Source: Selaginella moellendorffii (Eukaryota > Plantae > Lycopodiophyta). From it: a stretch of DNA of 64,000 nt. The notes under the pieces are model-generated. The model saw nothing but the letters and a program-made list of their open reading frames with translations. It did not search any database and was not told where the DNA came from. The position numbers were made by a program, and so were the translations under genes. The stretch spans positions 2,659,060-2,723,059 of the forward strand of contig NW_003314269.1 of NCBI RefSeq assembly GCF_000143415.4, given 5' to 3'. Positions 45,975 through 57,813 of this stretch are shown in pieces. How positions within the stretch are numbered: the stretch's first letter is position 1; each line of letters begins with the position of its first letter.

Positions 45975-46907
45975 TTATTTATTAGTTCCTGTATCCCATA
46001 TGGCTTTTGCATTAGAATACAAGACAACGTTTCCATCCCTCTGGATGACCAAAGACGAGCTCAAGAGGCAAGGCTGTGAGCATTGCCTAGGAGTAGACCA
46101 CAGGTGAAAACCATTCTTATCAAACAGCCCAAGGACCCCCTCGAAAGAAAGACTAAGAACACAGTCCAGGGCAACTGTTCCACTCGCCCACACAAATCTA
46201 ACACCATCTTCCCCTAGCTCGAAGAAAATCAGGTTACATGCACTTGTCACATGGAAAGCATAATGCCTGTCATGAGACAAAAGCGAGCCACCCTTGGATA
46301 GCCTTGAGTTGAATGGACTACTGCTCTCCAGTTCAAACCCTACAACCCAACAATCTGTAGTAGCTGCTGCTAATCCCATGGATGTTTCGATGTTTCTTTC
46401 TAGATCCTGTTCATGGGACAGTGAGTCTAGCTGATATCCCCATGGCGGTGGGGGCGGTGGTGTTTGCAATGGTGGATAAAAATATTCAAAGATGTATTTA
46501 CCAAAATGGGCCTCAAATCTACGTGGGTATAAACCCGACCTCCTGATGCTTGAGAGTTGAGCTCTCACGCTTTCAATGAGTGCACCAATTTGAACCTTGA
46601 ATGCGTGGCCTGTAATATGTGAGAAGGAGCTTGAAGAGCATCCTTGTCCGCCAGCATAGAGATCATTGCCATACCGACCACAAGCCCAATGGAGACGTTG
46701 AGAGGCAACCCCTGCAACATCTTCGAGTGCTCTCGAACCAATTTGGATCATAGCATTATCATTTATTCGATTTAGCTGCTCAAGTATAATGTCTAGAGTC
46801 CGATTGAACAACACCTCAACGAGAACATAGTCAGAGCCCTTGAACGTGAATCCAACAGCTGTGGTAATTATAAGTAGAAAGCATCCCAAAATGCCATACA
46901 CTGCCAT
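45975..46907 (-). CDS. Secreted protein with a C-terminal bulb-type (GNA) mannose-binding lectin domain
   Basis: Signal peptide MAVYGILGCFLLIITTAVG and C-terminal FVWASGT..LSLSFEGVLGL..LWST..LVIQRDGNVVLYS..IWDTGT. Intronless. Confidence 0.7.
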   Translation of the reverse strand: MAVYGILGCFLLIITTAVGFTFKGSDYVLVEVLFNRTLDIILEQLNRINDNAMIQIGSRALEDVAGVASQRLHWACGRYGNDLYAGGQGCSSSSFSHITGHAFKVQIGALIESVRAQLSSIRRSGLYPRRFEAHFGKYIFEYFYPPLQTPPPPPPWGYQLDSLSHEQDLERNIETSMGLAAATTDCWVVGFELESSSPFNSRLSKGGSLLSHDRHYAFHVTSACNLIFFELGEDGVRFVWASGTVALDCVLSLSFEGVLGLFDKNGFHLWSTPRQCSQPCLLSSSLVIQRDGNVVLYSNAKAIWDTGTNK

Positions 46908-47000
46908 AAGGAATTAGTATGGCTGCTGTAAGGTTTATATACTAGCCACTTTTGGCTCTAAGTTTTAGATTCGATTATAACTATGTAATGTTCTAAAGTC

Positions 47001-47442
47001 ATCAGATCAAAAGGGAAGCCTTTTGGTCCAGAATGAAAGATATTTTGTAGTAAGTGAACGACTTGTATTGATCCCTGGAAAGGTTTTCAAACCCACAGAT
47101 GACTCTGAAATTATGATCATGCAACAGCTCTATGCTCCATGCTTTTGTATTTTCCATTCAAAGCTTTGATTATTAGGGAATTTCTTTCTTGAAGTACATG
47201 GACCAAGAACAGATACCAATGTCTATCTTTTCTTATGTTCGAAGCTTTGCTCACACCATACATGGTATTTTTAGGTGTTTCCTGTCCATGCATGGAGTGA
47301 ACTTTGCATATATAAACACGAAAATCTTTACTCTAGCCCTAGATTTCAACAAGGGAAGGCCTTTGGAGAATGAAAGCTATTTTGTCGTAAGTGTACCTAG
47401 AAAGGTTTTCAATTCGACACATGACTGCTGAAATTATATCAT
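47001..47442 (-). pseudogene. Two decayed, heavily deleted tandem partial copies of the adjacent 2OGD 3' end
   Basis: 47001-47270 and 47341-47442 share ordered blocks with 47486-47880 (ATCAGATCAAAAG, GAATGAAAGATATT, GTAAGTGAACGACTTGTA, CTCTATGCTCCA.GCTTTTGTA). Confidence 0.75.
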
Positions 47443-47486
47443 AGAGGCATTAAAAGTTCAGAATTTAGCGCAATGTGATGTTACAA

Positions 47487-48712
47487 TCAGATCAAAAGAG
47501 AATCTACTCGAGCCTTCCCAGGAGCCTTTTGGTTCAAATAGAATGAAAGATATTCATAGTAAGTGAACGACTTGTATAGAGCAGGGTGATCCTTGCAAAG
47601 TGGCGGCGCTGGAAAGATTTCCACGTGCGAATTCATAGATGGATAATTAAACATAACTGCTGAAATTCGATCATGTTCAGAGCTGACAACTGCTCTATGC
47701 TCCACGCTTTTGTACTTTCCATTGCTAATCACCTGGAAGAAATTTTCTCGTACAATCAAAGCTTTGAATATCAAGAAGTTTAGTACCTGGACAATGTCTC
47801 CTATGTTGACAATGAGAGAATTTGGAACAACTTTCACAGATACCCAATCTCCATTTTTTCTTACCTGTAAAGCTTCATGGCCCGAATCCTCGCAAAGGAC
47901 AGTGATGGTTGAACCATCCGAGTGTGGACTTACTCCCAGAGCTTTATCTGGCTCTGGGCATGGAGGATAGAAGTTGATTCGAAGCGCAGATGAGTATTCA
48001 CCACACATTTTGTTGATGTAATCTCCAGATAATCCAAGTGTATCCGATATAGCACAATTCATCTCCAGTACAAGTTCCTTGAGATCATCACTGTAACTTT
48101 CAATGCCTTCTCTGAAAGACCAAAGTTTAATAATGTATTTGAGAAAGCGTAACATTGTAGAGGAGAAGATACCTGAGTTGCAGTGGCCATTTGTCAATGT
48201 TTTTGCATGATGGTGGCTCAGTGTACACGACCAGGACGTCTACCCAGTCAGAGATGGTCTGAGAAGAGGTATTGTAGCGACCATATCCTTCGATGTTAGA
48301 AACACTTTGGCCTGGTACTTTCTGCCAAGTTCTCTTCATCTCCAGCGGCAATTCAAAGAAGTCCCTGGCAGATTTTAGAATAGATCTTGTGCTTGCCATT
48401 CCATGGTTGATAACCTTCCAGCAAGCACAAAGAACGATGAGAAAAGAGAAGAAGAAAGCAACATACCTGAAAGAAGCCCCATTCCTGGCAGGCGCTCGCG
48501 AGCTTGGCGAGCTCGAGTTCTCTTCTAGAATCAGCTCTAAGCGCGGCCATGTCAATGACGGGTATGAGGTCCCCTTGATTGGCAGCATCCTCCACAGTTT
48601 GCACAAAACTTGGTGGAACTTGCTTGATTCCACTTTCAGCGAGAACTTGGACGAGCTCGTTCTCGTATTCTTGATCATCCACCATACAAGGAGCTTGTGC
48701 TTGAGGCGCCAT
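47487..48712 (-). CDS. 2-oxoglutarate/Fe(II)-dependent dioxygenase (DOXC class), 4 exons
   Basis: IPVIDM, ACQEWGFFQVINHG, EGYG, RINFYPPCPEPD, HSD, ISNGKYKSVEHRA, RIS. Confidence 0.92.
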
Positions 48713-48949
48713 TCTAGCGCTAAGGAGCGAAATGCTACTATTTGCGCAAACTGTTGGAAACCTAGTTACATTGGAAAGCTTGATTTCCCAATGGAAAGAC
48801 AAAATACGTTTCAAGCCTTGTTCAAATCATTGAGAAGACTTCCTCAAAGAGACAACAAGTATAAGCCAAAAAATTTGCCTAGTGCTTCAAAGAGATGCCC
48901 GTTATATTAGGGCTACCATTTAGAACCCTAAAACCCTAGGTACAGGGAA

Positions 48950-50557
48950 ATGGAGATTGCGATGGCTGGAATGTCGCTAGATGAAGATGGAGAAGATGGA
49001 GGAGAGGACATCGAGGGGGATTCCATGCACGTTTTCGTGGGCCATGACGGTAAGGTTCTTGGGAAATTTTGATGCTTTGCTAAAACATAGAGCTCGTACT
49101 ACAGAGCCTGTGGTTTCCATCGCTTGCTACTCAGCTCTGGTTGCTACTGGTGGCTGTGACAAGCGGGCATTCATCTGGAGGATCGGTGATGAAGCACCCC
49201 CTCTCCTCCTCCAAGGTTGGTGTCTTTCTTTTCTATCTTTTCCTTTGGTTTTCTTCTATAGATTTCTTCCAGGCCATACAGATAGTGTCACGGCCTTGGC
49301 ATTCAGTGGCGATGGCCTTCTTCTCGCCTCCGGTGGAGCGGATGGAGTTGTCAACATATGGAATCCATTTTCTGGCGATCTGAGGCATAGACTTGAAAGT
49401 CCGGGTGAAATCGAGGCATGCTTTCTTTTCTTTCTTTTTTTCGTCTCGTTTTCTTGACTCCAAAAACTTCTCGTGTTTTTCTGATGCAGTGGATCCAGTG
49501 GCACCCTCACGGCCATGTTATACTCGCTGGATCCGATTTTTCATCGTGGATGTGGAATGCTGACAGTGGAGTTTTCATGACCATGTTTGTTGGGCACCAA
49601 GGCACAGTGGTGTGTGGAAGTTTTACACCCGATGGTAATGTTATCTTTGGGACGATGGAAAATCATATGCCTGGTTTTTTTTTCTGCGCAGGGAAGCTAG
49701 TTTGCACAGGATCTGAGGAGAGGTTTTCCGTTTGGGATCCAAAATCTGGAGCATGTATTCATGGAGTGAAGCAAAGTAAAGTCTCTCTTTTTTGTTTATT
49801 TCGTTCTCACGAAATTTTGGCAGATGTTAATTGCCTCGCCTTCAGCAATGACTCCAAGCTCGTTCTCACAGGCGCATCATGTGGACTTGTCCGCCTTATC
49901 AGCTTACAAAGTGGCAAAGTTCGATTCACTTCTAGTTCTATCATTGAAAGTTCCTCTTACGTATGCCTTTCAGGTTCTTCACGAGTTCAATGACGTGCAC
50001 GACGCATCGGTTGAGTGCGTTGCTATGTCTCCCAGGTAAAGAAAGAAGAACCAAAAGGAGCGGGAGCCAAGAGAGATTTTAAAAAGCGTTCCTGATGTGG
50101 TGGTGTCTCTGATTTGTAGTTTGGCGCTAGCAGCCACGGGAGGACAGGACCAAAAACTCGTAATCTGGGACTTCTACCACAGCTTCTCGCCACGATTGAC
50201 TTGCGAACACACGGTACACAGTAGCTCTTTTCTTTGTTTTCGATCTCTTTGCATCGATCCTTCTCCGTTTGGCAGTCTGGGATTTACAAGCTTGTGTGGT
50301 CGTGCAATGGCGAGCAAGTCTTCACTGGCTGTGAGGATGGCAAGCTCTGGCAGTGGGACGCAAGGAGTGGGGCGTGCTTGAGAACTTATCGCGGTCATGG
50401 CGAGAGCATTCAAGGGATGGCAGTAACAAGGTAGAGCTGTGAAAGTATTTGGTGTGATTGCGTTGCTCACGGTTCTGGGCTATGCAGCGATGGCCAGTTC
50501 CTTGTCTCTGCGTCAGACGACGAAACAGCACAGGTGTTCTTTGTTGGAACGAGCTAA
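48950..50557 (+). CDS. WD40 protein, AAMP/SQT1-like (ribosome assembly chaperone family), multi-exon
   Basis: Acidic N-terminus, DSMHVFVGH, ATGGCDKRAFIW, GHTDSVTALAFSGDGLLLASGG, IEWIQWHPHGHVILAGS. Confidence 0.8.
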
Positions 50558-50664
50558 CGAAGAAAATTTGTAGAGCATGGCACGGGATTCTGCAACGAAG
50601 ACTCATATTCTTCTTCTGTTCGAATGTCAACCTGGATCATCTTTAGTTTCGGACGTGAAAATCA

Positions 50665-50782
50665 CTTTGATCATTTTGACTTCGCATTAACCTGCATTGA
50701 CTTTCATTGACTTGAATATATTGTCTTTGCATGACTTCCATTGACTTTATTGACTTTCCATTAACTTACATTGACTTTGATT
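50665..50782. repeat. Short-unit minisatellite (CATTGACTTT-like)
   Basis: About 8-9 degenerate copies of (C)ATTGACTT. Confidence 0.7.
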
Positions 50783-51074
50783 GTCTTCACATCAAGTTCT
50801 TACTCTCCAGCTTCCTCATTTGTTTCAACATAAAGGGGGCTTACAAGAAGGATCAAAGGATCTGGCATCCCATCTTCCGGAAGCTTTAAAACTTATTCTG
50901 TATCCTCTGTTTGTCAGAGATCACCTTTTTACCATTCAGTTTTCATTTCTTTGCAGAAGGAAGAACTCTACTTTGCACAAAGCATTTAACTCTCGGTCAT
51001 TCGTGCTTCAACAATTCAACTAATGGACGTCGACCTTCAGGCCTGTTTCGTGAATATAGCGCACACAGAGACAG

Positions 51075-51077
<3 letters not shown>

Positions 51078-51118
<41 letters not shown>
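51078..51118. repeat. (GA)n microsatellite
   Basis: About 20 GA/AG units. Confidence 0.95.
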
Positions 51119-51121
<3 letters not shown>

Positions 51122-51835
51122 ATTGCACAAGAAGGAAAGAAAGATAGAGGACCAAGGAGGTTCCCGTCTCCATCTGGTACTTCATGCTTCGGGCAATCGC
51201 TTTACTCCCCATGCTGAATCTGCTCTGTTGTACCAGTGAATCACTGCAGTGTTGAGGACAAAGAACATGACCTCGTCTTATCTGTCACGCGTATATGGGC
51301 CGGGACTCCTTGGATCTCTCATACATCACGCACCCTGGCTGGAACTCCCTGGTTTCACTTCTTCACCCTCTTGTGGAAGCTCTCGGGGGCAGCCGGCCAC
51401 GGGCTCCCTCTTGTCCAGGAAAGGCTCTCATTCTCGAGGTCCAAAGTCCAGGGAACGTATGTGGCACTGCTGGTGATCTCCAAGAGCTTCACTTCTTGGC
51501 CGTTGAAGTAAACAAGGCCGTCTCAAGCGAGGACTCCCACATTTAGCTTGATGAGGTCCACGAAAACAATCGTGTAAGAGCCACCGAGCATGAGCACGCC
51601 AAGTTCGAGCCAGCGGTGGCGAGACTGGCCAGCCGGATCATCTTACTTTGTCTTCGACCATGGTAGCCAGGTGCAATCTTCGGTATTCGTGGTCATCATC
51701 TCACTGCTCGCCATGCAAACTCCGTCCTGTATAGAGCTGCTCGTGCGAGATCATCCAAAGTCAATCGCCGCAGCACCTCGACCTCCAAATCCCAAGAAAG
51801 CTCTCCAATCCAAAATATTTTAGCGAGAGATTTAA

Positions 51836-51933
51836 ACCGTCGATGACATCTTCTCTTGTTAGATCGTCGATGACATTTTCTCTTAAGAACCGTTAGATCG
51901 TCGATGAAATCTTCTCTTAACAACTGTTAGATC
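51836..51933. repeat. Tandem repeat with a ~27-34 bp unit
   Basis: About three copies of GTTAGATCGTCGATGA(C/A)AT(C/T)TTCTCTT. Confidence 0.8.
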
Positions 51934-52117
51934 ATAACAAGTTGGTTTCCATGCGAAAGAGAATTCTCGATAATTCAAGCTTGATTAGCAATTTTGGAAA
52001 GTATGGAGTGAACGTAATCGTTTTTACTTTGCAAGGGTCGCCCTGCTCTATATACAAGTCGTTCTTTTCCAAGAACACAAAGATTAAACAAGATACTCGA
52101 ATGAATTTACCTCAAAG

Positions 52118-53879
52118 TCATGAAACAAAGAGTCGGCGAACAGTCCTTATGTTCTCCCGGCAAATGGGACAGATTGCGTTCCCGCTCGCTTTGATTCTGT
52201 TGCAAAGACCAAAGGAACGAGAGACCATTCATGAAATGAATCTAGAAAATAATGAGTTACCTCTCTCCGCAGGCATAGCAAGTCGCACAGTGGCCGCACG
52301 GATCGAAGAAACTGTCTTTTGGCGCATCCAGGCAGATTGCGCATAGCTGTTCGTCGCCTGGACTTGAATGTGAACCTTCCCCATGCCGATGATCAACACT
52401 AGGCTGCTCGTTTGATAGTTTTTCATCAATAAGCGGGGAGGCGTCTTCAGGCTTAGTTTTCTCCTCTTGCCTCTTGTCAGCTTTCTTGCAGGGATTCTTC
52501 TTCACCAGAAGTACCAAAACAGCCACCAAGGCTCCTGGAAGCCGAAGTTAGTGCCACACACCAAATAAAAAACAGAACTTTCAACCCAAACGTACCAAAG
52601 CCAACTACGAATGTAGCCCAACGAGCTTTGTACTTGACTCTCATGTGTTGCAACCCATCGTGCTCCGAGGTGGTCAACAGAATCGACGTAGATTGAAAGA
52701 GAGGAAGCTTGATTTTGCAGACGTCCGACTTCAAGGAGCACCGAGAATCATGATTTTTCGTGCTGTAAGCTTTTAGCTGAGCCTCGAGCCGCAGAGCCAC
52801 CTATCAACCCAGCAAAAGTTCCGAAATCAACAGAAACCATCACACTGTTTCTACCTCTATATAATAGTCGTTCATGTTTCCGAAGGCGAAATAGTAATCG
52901 CCATCTTCCTCGATGAAATACTCGAAGACTCCACTTCCTGTCCAGACATGGTCAATATACAGTTGCCGACATGAACGATAAGCGCTACCTTTCACTTTCT
53001 GGCGGAAAACAGAAGAAGTTGGATGCAATGGATCAGCCACCCAAGTAAGGAAGTTCTCTTTGCCTGTACGAAGAAGAACCAGTGAATCCACGCACCACTT
53101 AAGCAGCAACAACCTTGAAAAATCGCAAATATAAGATCCGAGTCCGGCTCCATGACGTTGTATTTTATTGTCATCACAGAACCTTTGTTGAGCCACAATG
53201 CCCATTCCTAGCGGAAAAAAGAAAAAAAAGAAAAAAAACAATTAAAACAGCGAACAAGACATGTAAATGCTATAGAAAAGATCGCGACTCACACCTGGTG
53301 GCTTTGGGCATGCAAACCTTGATCATAGTCATGTGACCATTCCAAAACGTCTTCCAAAGCTGGACGGTGGTGGAACGAGTAAACAACTGGTTCTCCAGTT
53401 CCCTGAAATCTTCTCACCTAAAGAAAAACAAAAAAATTTCGAGGCCACTCCAAAGGAGAAGGAAGATCAAAGAGGAAGAACCTGGATTTCTCGTACAAAC
53501 AGTGGATTGGTATCGATGAGACGCGAGTAGCCCAGTCCAGCTTCGATTTCCAGTGGAGGATGGAGGCCAAACAAAGACAATACAGTAGCTGCACCGACAA
53601 ATCTACAAAGAGTCGGTCTCTAGGAACAAGAAAGAGAGCGCGAGAGAGATCAAATGCGGTACCTAGAATGAAAACTGGGGGGAGCCAACAACAGGCCGAA
53701 GGGCTCCCCCTTTGCGTGCCGGATTGTCGGTGATCCGCGATGCGATCGCGATCATAGCTGGAGTGCCGATAGGGATCATAAGCGCCGCTCCAATCGTCCC
53801 GCCGATGACGATCGCTAGAATCGGAGCTTCCAAACGTACCCGAGCTTCCCCCAGCGGCATGAGCTCCGAATCCCTCCAT
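52118..53879 (-). CDS. Membrane RING-HC E3 ubiquitin ligase, APD1-4-like, multi-exon
   Basis: N-terminal [19 protein letters not shown], a second TM, then C-terminal [31 protein letters not shown]. Confidence 0.82.
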
Positions 53880-53930
53880 TTTTTTGATCTTCGCAAAACC
53901 CTAAACTCTGGATCTCTCTTACAAACTTAT

Positions 53931-56900
53931 TTATATAGGAGACTCGAGTTCTTCCTCTGACGTTGTCTCGCTCTCTTCCGACTCGAAATCGATCATCTTG
54001 CTCTTGGCGGTCGCTCGGATCGATTGCATTCGCTCCATCGCCACTGTCTTGCAATTCCGCTGCGACCGAGCGACGCTGGCGGTGGCTTTTGGTGGCGTCT
54101 GGACGCCACTCTCGGAAGAATCGGAAGATACACTTGACGGAGCTGCGCGTGCCTTGGGCTCTGGAAAGAAAAAAGTTGGATAACCAGAGTTTTCTTGAAC
54201 TTTGAAAGGCTTACTTCGTGGTGTTTTAGCTGGTGCTGCTTCTGGCGGAGCGTCTTCGGCAAGGAATCCCAACGAAGCTTCACAAAAAGAAAAACGTGTC
54301 GACGTAAAATCTAGGACTTCAAGTCTACGTTACCTAGGAGAGTCTCTAGCTCGTCGTTTCCAATAGTTTCATCCTTGGTCGAGTCCAAGCTCTTGAGCTC
54401 TGCAGCCATTGCCCTGAGTTCCTTGAGCAGAAGCTTCTCTCCCGCCATCTCATCGATGACCCTGCCGAAAGAAAAAAAAAAAAATCAGCTGGTCTAAATG
54501 CTGGTAACTTACAGAGAAAGGAGCGCTCTCATGGCCCTGATCTCTTTCTGTCGTGACGGCAGAAACTTTAATGAAACGAGAACCTTGCAAAGCGCGGACT
54601 TGTAAGCTTTAACAGCTAGTGTTTTTCTCGATGAAAACCGCATTATCTGGAAAGTAAGCTGGTCACAGTGTCAATTACAATGGTTTTCATATCTACCTCA
54701 CGAGCTAGATCGATTGCAAGGATTGCGAAGTCAGCAGACTCATCGGGGTTTTGCTGCGAGAACAATGGCTGCTTCAGGAGCTCAAGCATAAACCGCGACA
54801 AGTGAGACGCATTTTTTTTCCTGATCGCGGCGATATGTGAGTTGCATGCACTTCCAGTAAGACCAGGCCATTCTTTACGCAACACAGGGACGAAAACCTC
54901 AGCGATGCACCGCTGCAAACACGTCCACAGTTGATGGATGGATGTATCAGACAGAGCTTTCAATATTACCTTATGTTCTGGTGTAGCCGACGCGTAGTTG
55001 TGAAAGAAAACAGAAAGACATTGTCCCAACCTGGAAAAAGTATTAGCTTTTGGCACGAGCAAAAACGACGTACCTCGGGATGCTTTTCGTGTCTTCGTCA
55101 AAGTACATGCGAAATAAGTCAGATAGAACCCTGCTCCGGACAAGGCCCAGCTCCGGAAATCGCTTACTATGCAATAGCAACTTTGCAAAACCTTCAGCTG
55201 CAACACTTCTTGCGGACTCTGTTTCCCCTATGTCCTCCTGAACATAAATATCGTGTTGGTCGCTCAGAATATCTGCTAGCAGCTGCAGAAGAGGCAGCTG
55301 CATCTGCCCAGGAGAATGTGATGCCCGCTGACTGTCCATTAACCCAGCACCATGGGACATCACAAGGTCGAACATGCCTTTGATGGCCATGATCTTTTCA
55401 GCACCATAACTCTTGATAAGAGCTTCTTCAAGTTGGCGGATAACCCGCACGCTTGGATGCTCTTCGGACAAACAGTACAGGGACAAGCATCTGACACCTG
55501 CTCGTCGAACGTCCGCCACCAAGTGGTTAGCCTATAGCAAGCATCAGCGTTAGCGTCAACCATTTCAATTCACTTACCGCAGGGATGAGTAATCCGTCAA
55601 CCATCTCTTGTGTTTCCATTACATGAGCAGGGAACTGGCGTATTGATCTCAGGTTTTCCAGTAAAATGCCGGTTGTTGCCAAACATTGAAGCCATTGAAG
55701 AGCACCGGCCCCTCCTTCTCTGCAAACTTTTCCCAAGTCCAGTGCAGCTTGAGCCATCGCCTCCTCAAAAGCATCTGGGGTTGCATGAACTTTCTTGGCA
55801 AGCTGCACAAATGCGTCGGACCATTCCTTCCCCCCTCCCAGATAGATTCCATCTCCAGTCATTTCGGGACCGCGATCAGGACTTGTCCACTGGTAAAGAA
55901 AATTATTTATCGAAGCCGCGGCGCATTTTCTGCTTGCCATGTCCGAAAAGTCAAGCACGTTGGCTAGCAGGAGGAGTTGGCGAGACACAAACGATTGACT
56001 TGATCCTTCAGAAAAAGTCATTAGCATTAGAAGATCAGCATCGACTAAAGAGTATAGTATACCTGCGGTATGATGTGCCTCGACCAGCGTAACAAATTCT
56101 GCAACCGTTGCCGGTAGTATCGAGTCCAGCAACTGAGCTTTATCAGCCGCAACGGCTTCAAGAACGTCAGCTTGAGCCCCTCGAGATTTTGCCGCGTCCG
56201 AGCTCTTCGCCTTCAACCAAGTTAACAAACTTTTCAAAATCTAACGCAGCATTTAGACACAAAACACAACCTGAGCCTCCGAGTGTAGGTGTGCACATAG
56301 CGTTCTCCAATACAGCGCTTCTTCAGGTTCCATGAACCGAATCTTTCCTATAAAAAAAAAGTTGAAAAGCGAGAGGTACGCAGAATGTAAGTTACCTTCA
56401 TTGGTGCCATCATGATCTAAGTAGTCTCTAAGACTTTGACTGTTGTCCACCCCCATGCAGTCTTCTGTCAAAAGTTGTTGCATCACAAGCTCTCCCGCTT
56501 TCTCATTTGTTTCAACGTCAAGGAGCTTAAGAAGGATCAAGGGATCCTTCTGGCAATCTCTCGTGAGCCATCCATCTTTCAACATGCTCCTACACTCGAC
56601 TTGCACTGTGGACTCCCTGTCCAGCAGGCCACGCTGAAGCACAAGCGCCCGCTGGCGAATACTGTTAAAATTAAACGTGAATCAGCTCCTGCTAACGAAA
56701 TCATCAAACGCTCACCTCAGACTCTGTATGGGAATGTCTCTTATGACTGAATACGCTGCTTTCCGAACCGCTGCGCTCACATCGCCCGTTCTGCTAACAA
56801 TATCCGAGATCGTTGTATTTAAGACCGGAATGGCCAAGAGAGCTGCTTTTCTCACGTCCTGGTAAAAGTGTAAGCAAGCGAGAAAACAAAGAAATACAAA

Positions 56901-57566
56901 TAGAACTTACGGGACTAGGATCAAATTGTAAGGAAAGTCGGTACTGCGAATTGTCTTTGTCATCGGAAAATAAACGACCCAGAGAACGAGCAGCAAAAAC
57001 TCTGATGCCGGCAATTTTATCTTGGATTCTTCGTTCCATGGCAGCAGTCATCTCATCCCAGAGCTCCGCATTTACTTCAGTGTCCTCTCCCAACATCATG
57101 ATCACCTGTAGGGCGAAGAAAATCGTGAGCTTGATCGATGAAAACTATCGGGTGAAATAAGCACATAAGAAAAAAGAAAGAACAGAAAAACTATGCTCAC
57201 CTCAGAAAGAATTTGGCAGCTACGATATCGGACGCTCTTGTTGGAAGAATCAACCGCAGAGAGAAGGAAGTCTACGAAATCCTCCAGAAACGCATCACAC
57301 TCCGCCGCATTCTCGTCCCTAAACGTGACTACGCTGGCCACAAACTTGACAATCCGCTCTACTGCTGGCTCCTTCTTCATGACATCGAAGATCGGGGTCA
57401 CAAACCTCTTGAAAAGCCCTGCGAACTCTTGCTGGTCTTGCTGGCGCCTGGATTTGACAAGATCCTTGAGATGCCGCCGATGCGATGCGTGCGTCTGCTG
57501 GCACTCGTTGAAGATCCGGACGAGCAGCGCTTCGGGCGAAGAATCCATCGCTGCTGTGACCCTCAT
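53931..57566 (-). CDS. CAP-G: Condensin I subunit CAP-G (condensin complex subunit 3), multi-exon
   Basis: IFNECQ.THASH, KSVRYRSCQI, RIQDK...IRVFAARSL, LQRGLLDRE, EEALYWR, AAEGFAKLLL, LGQCLSVFF. Confidence 0.9.
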
Positions 57567-57586
57567 TCTTCCACTCTAGGGCTTTT

Positions 57587-57606
57587 TTCAAATTTGCGCG
57601 GGAAAA
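57587..57606 (-). promoter_or_regulatory. E2F site + CHR-like element just upstream of CAP-G
   Basis: Minus strand reads TTTTCCCGCG-CAAA-TTTGAA. Confidence 0.55.
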
Positions 57607-57813
57607 ACAGTGTGAAAGGTTGCGCGTTCGAATCCAATACCCGTCGAATTTAAACTGGATTTGGATCATCCGATCGACACGCTCTTTCTAGTCAGTTTTC
57701 AACAGTTTTTTGATTTCTAAAAGAAAACATATCAAAGCTTTTGCTCCTTGCAAAACCGGAATTTTGTGACAAGGGGATGATCCAGTTACGTCCCCGGCTA
57801 TGAATCATATCGC

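Noticed and set aside
51350-51720. Minus-strand coding-like segment with stops (possible F-box/kelch relic)
   Set aside because: It has no diagnostic motif and the evidence is too weak.
51836-51933. CRISPR-like repeat array
   Set aside because: The context is eukaryotic, there are no unique spacers and no cas genes. It is a simple tandem repeat.
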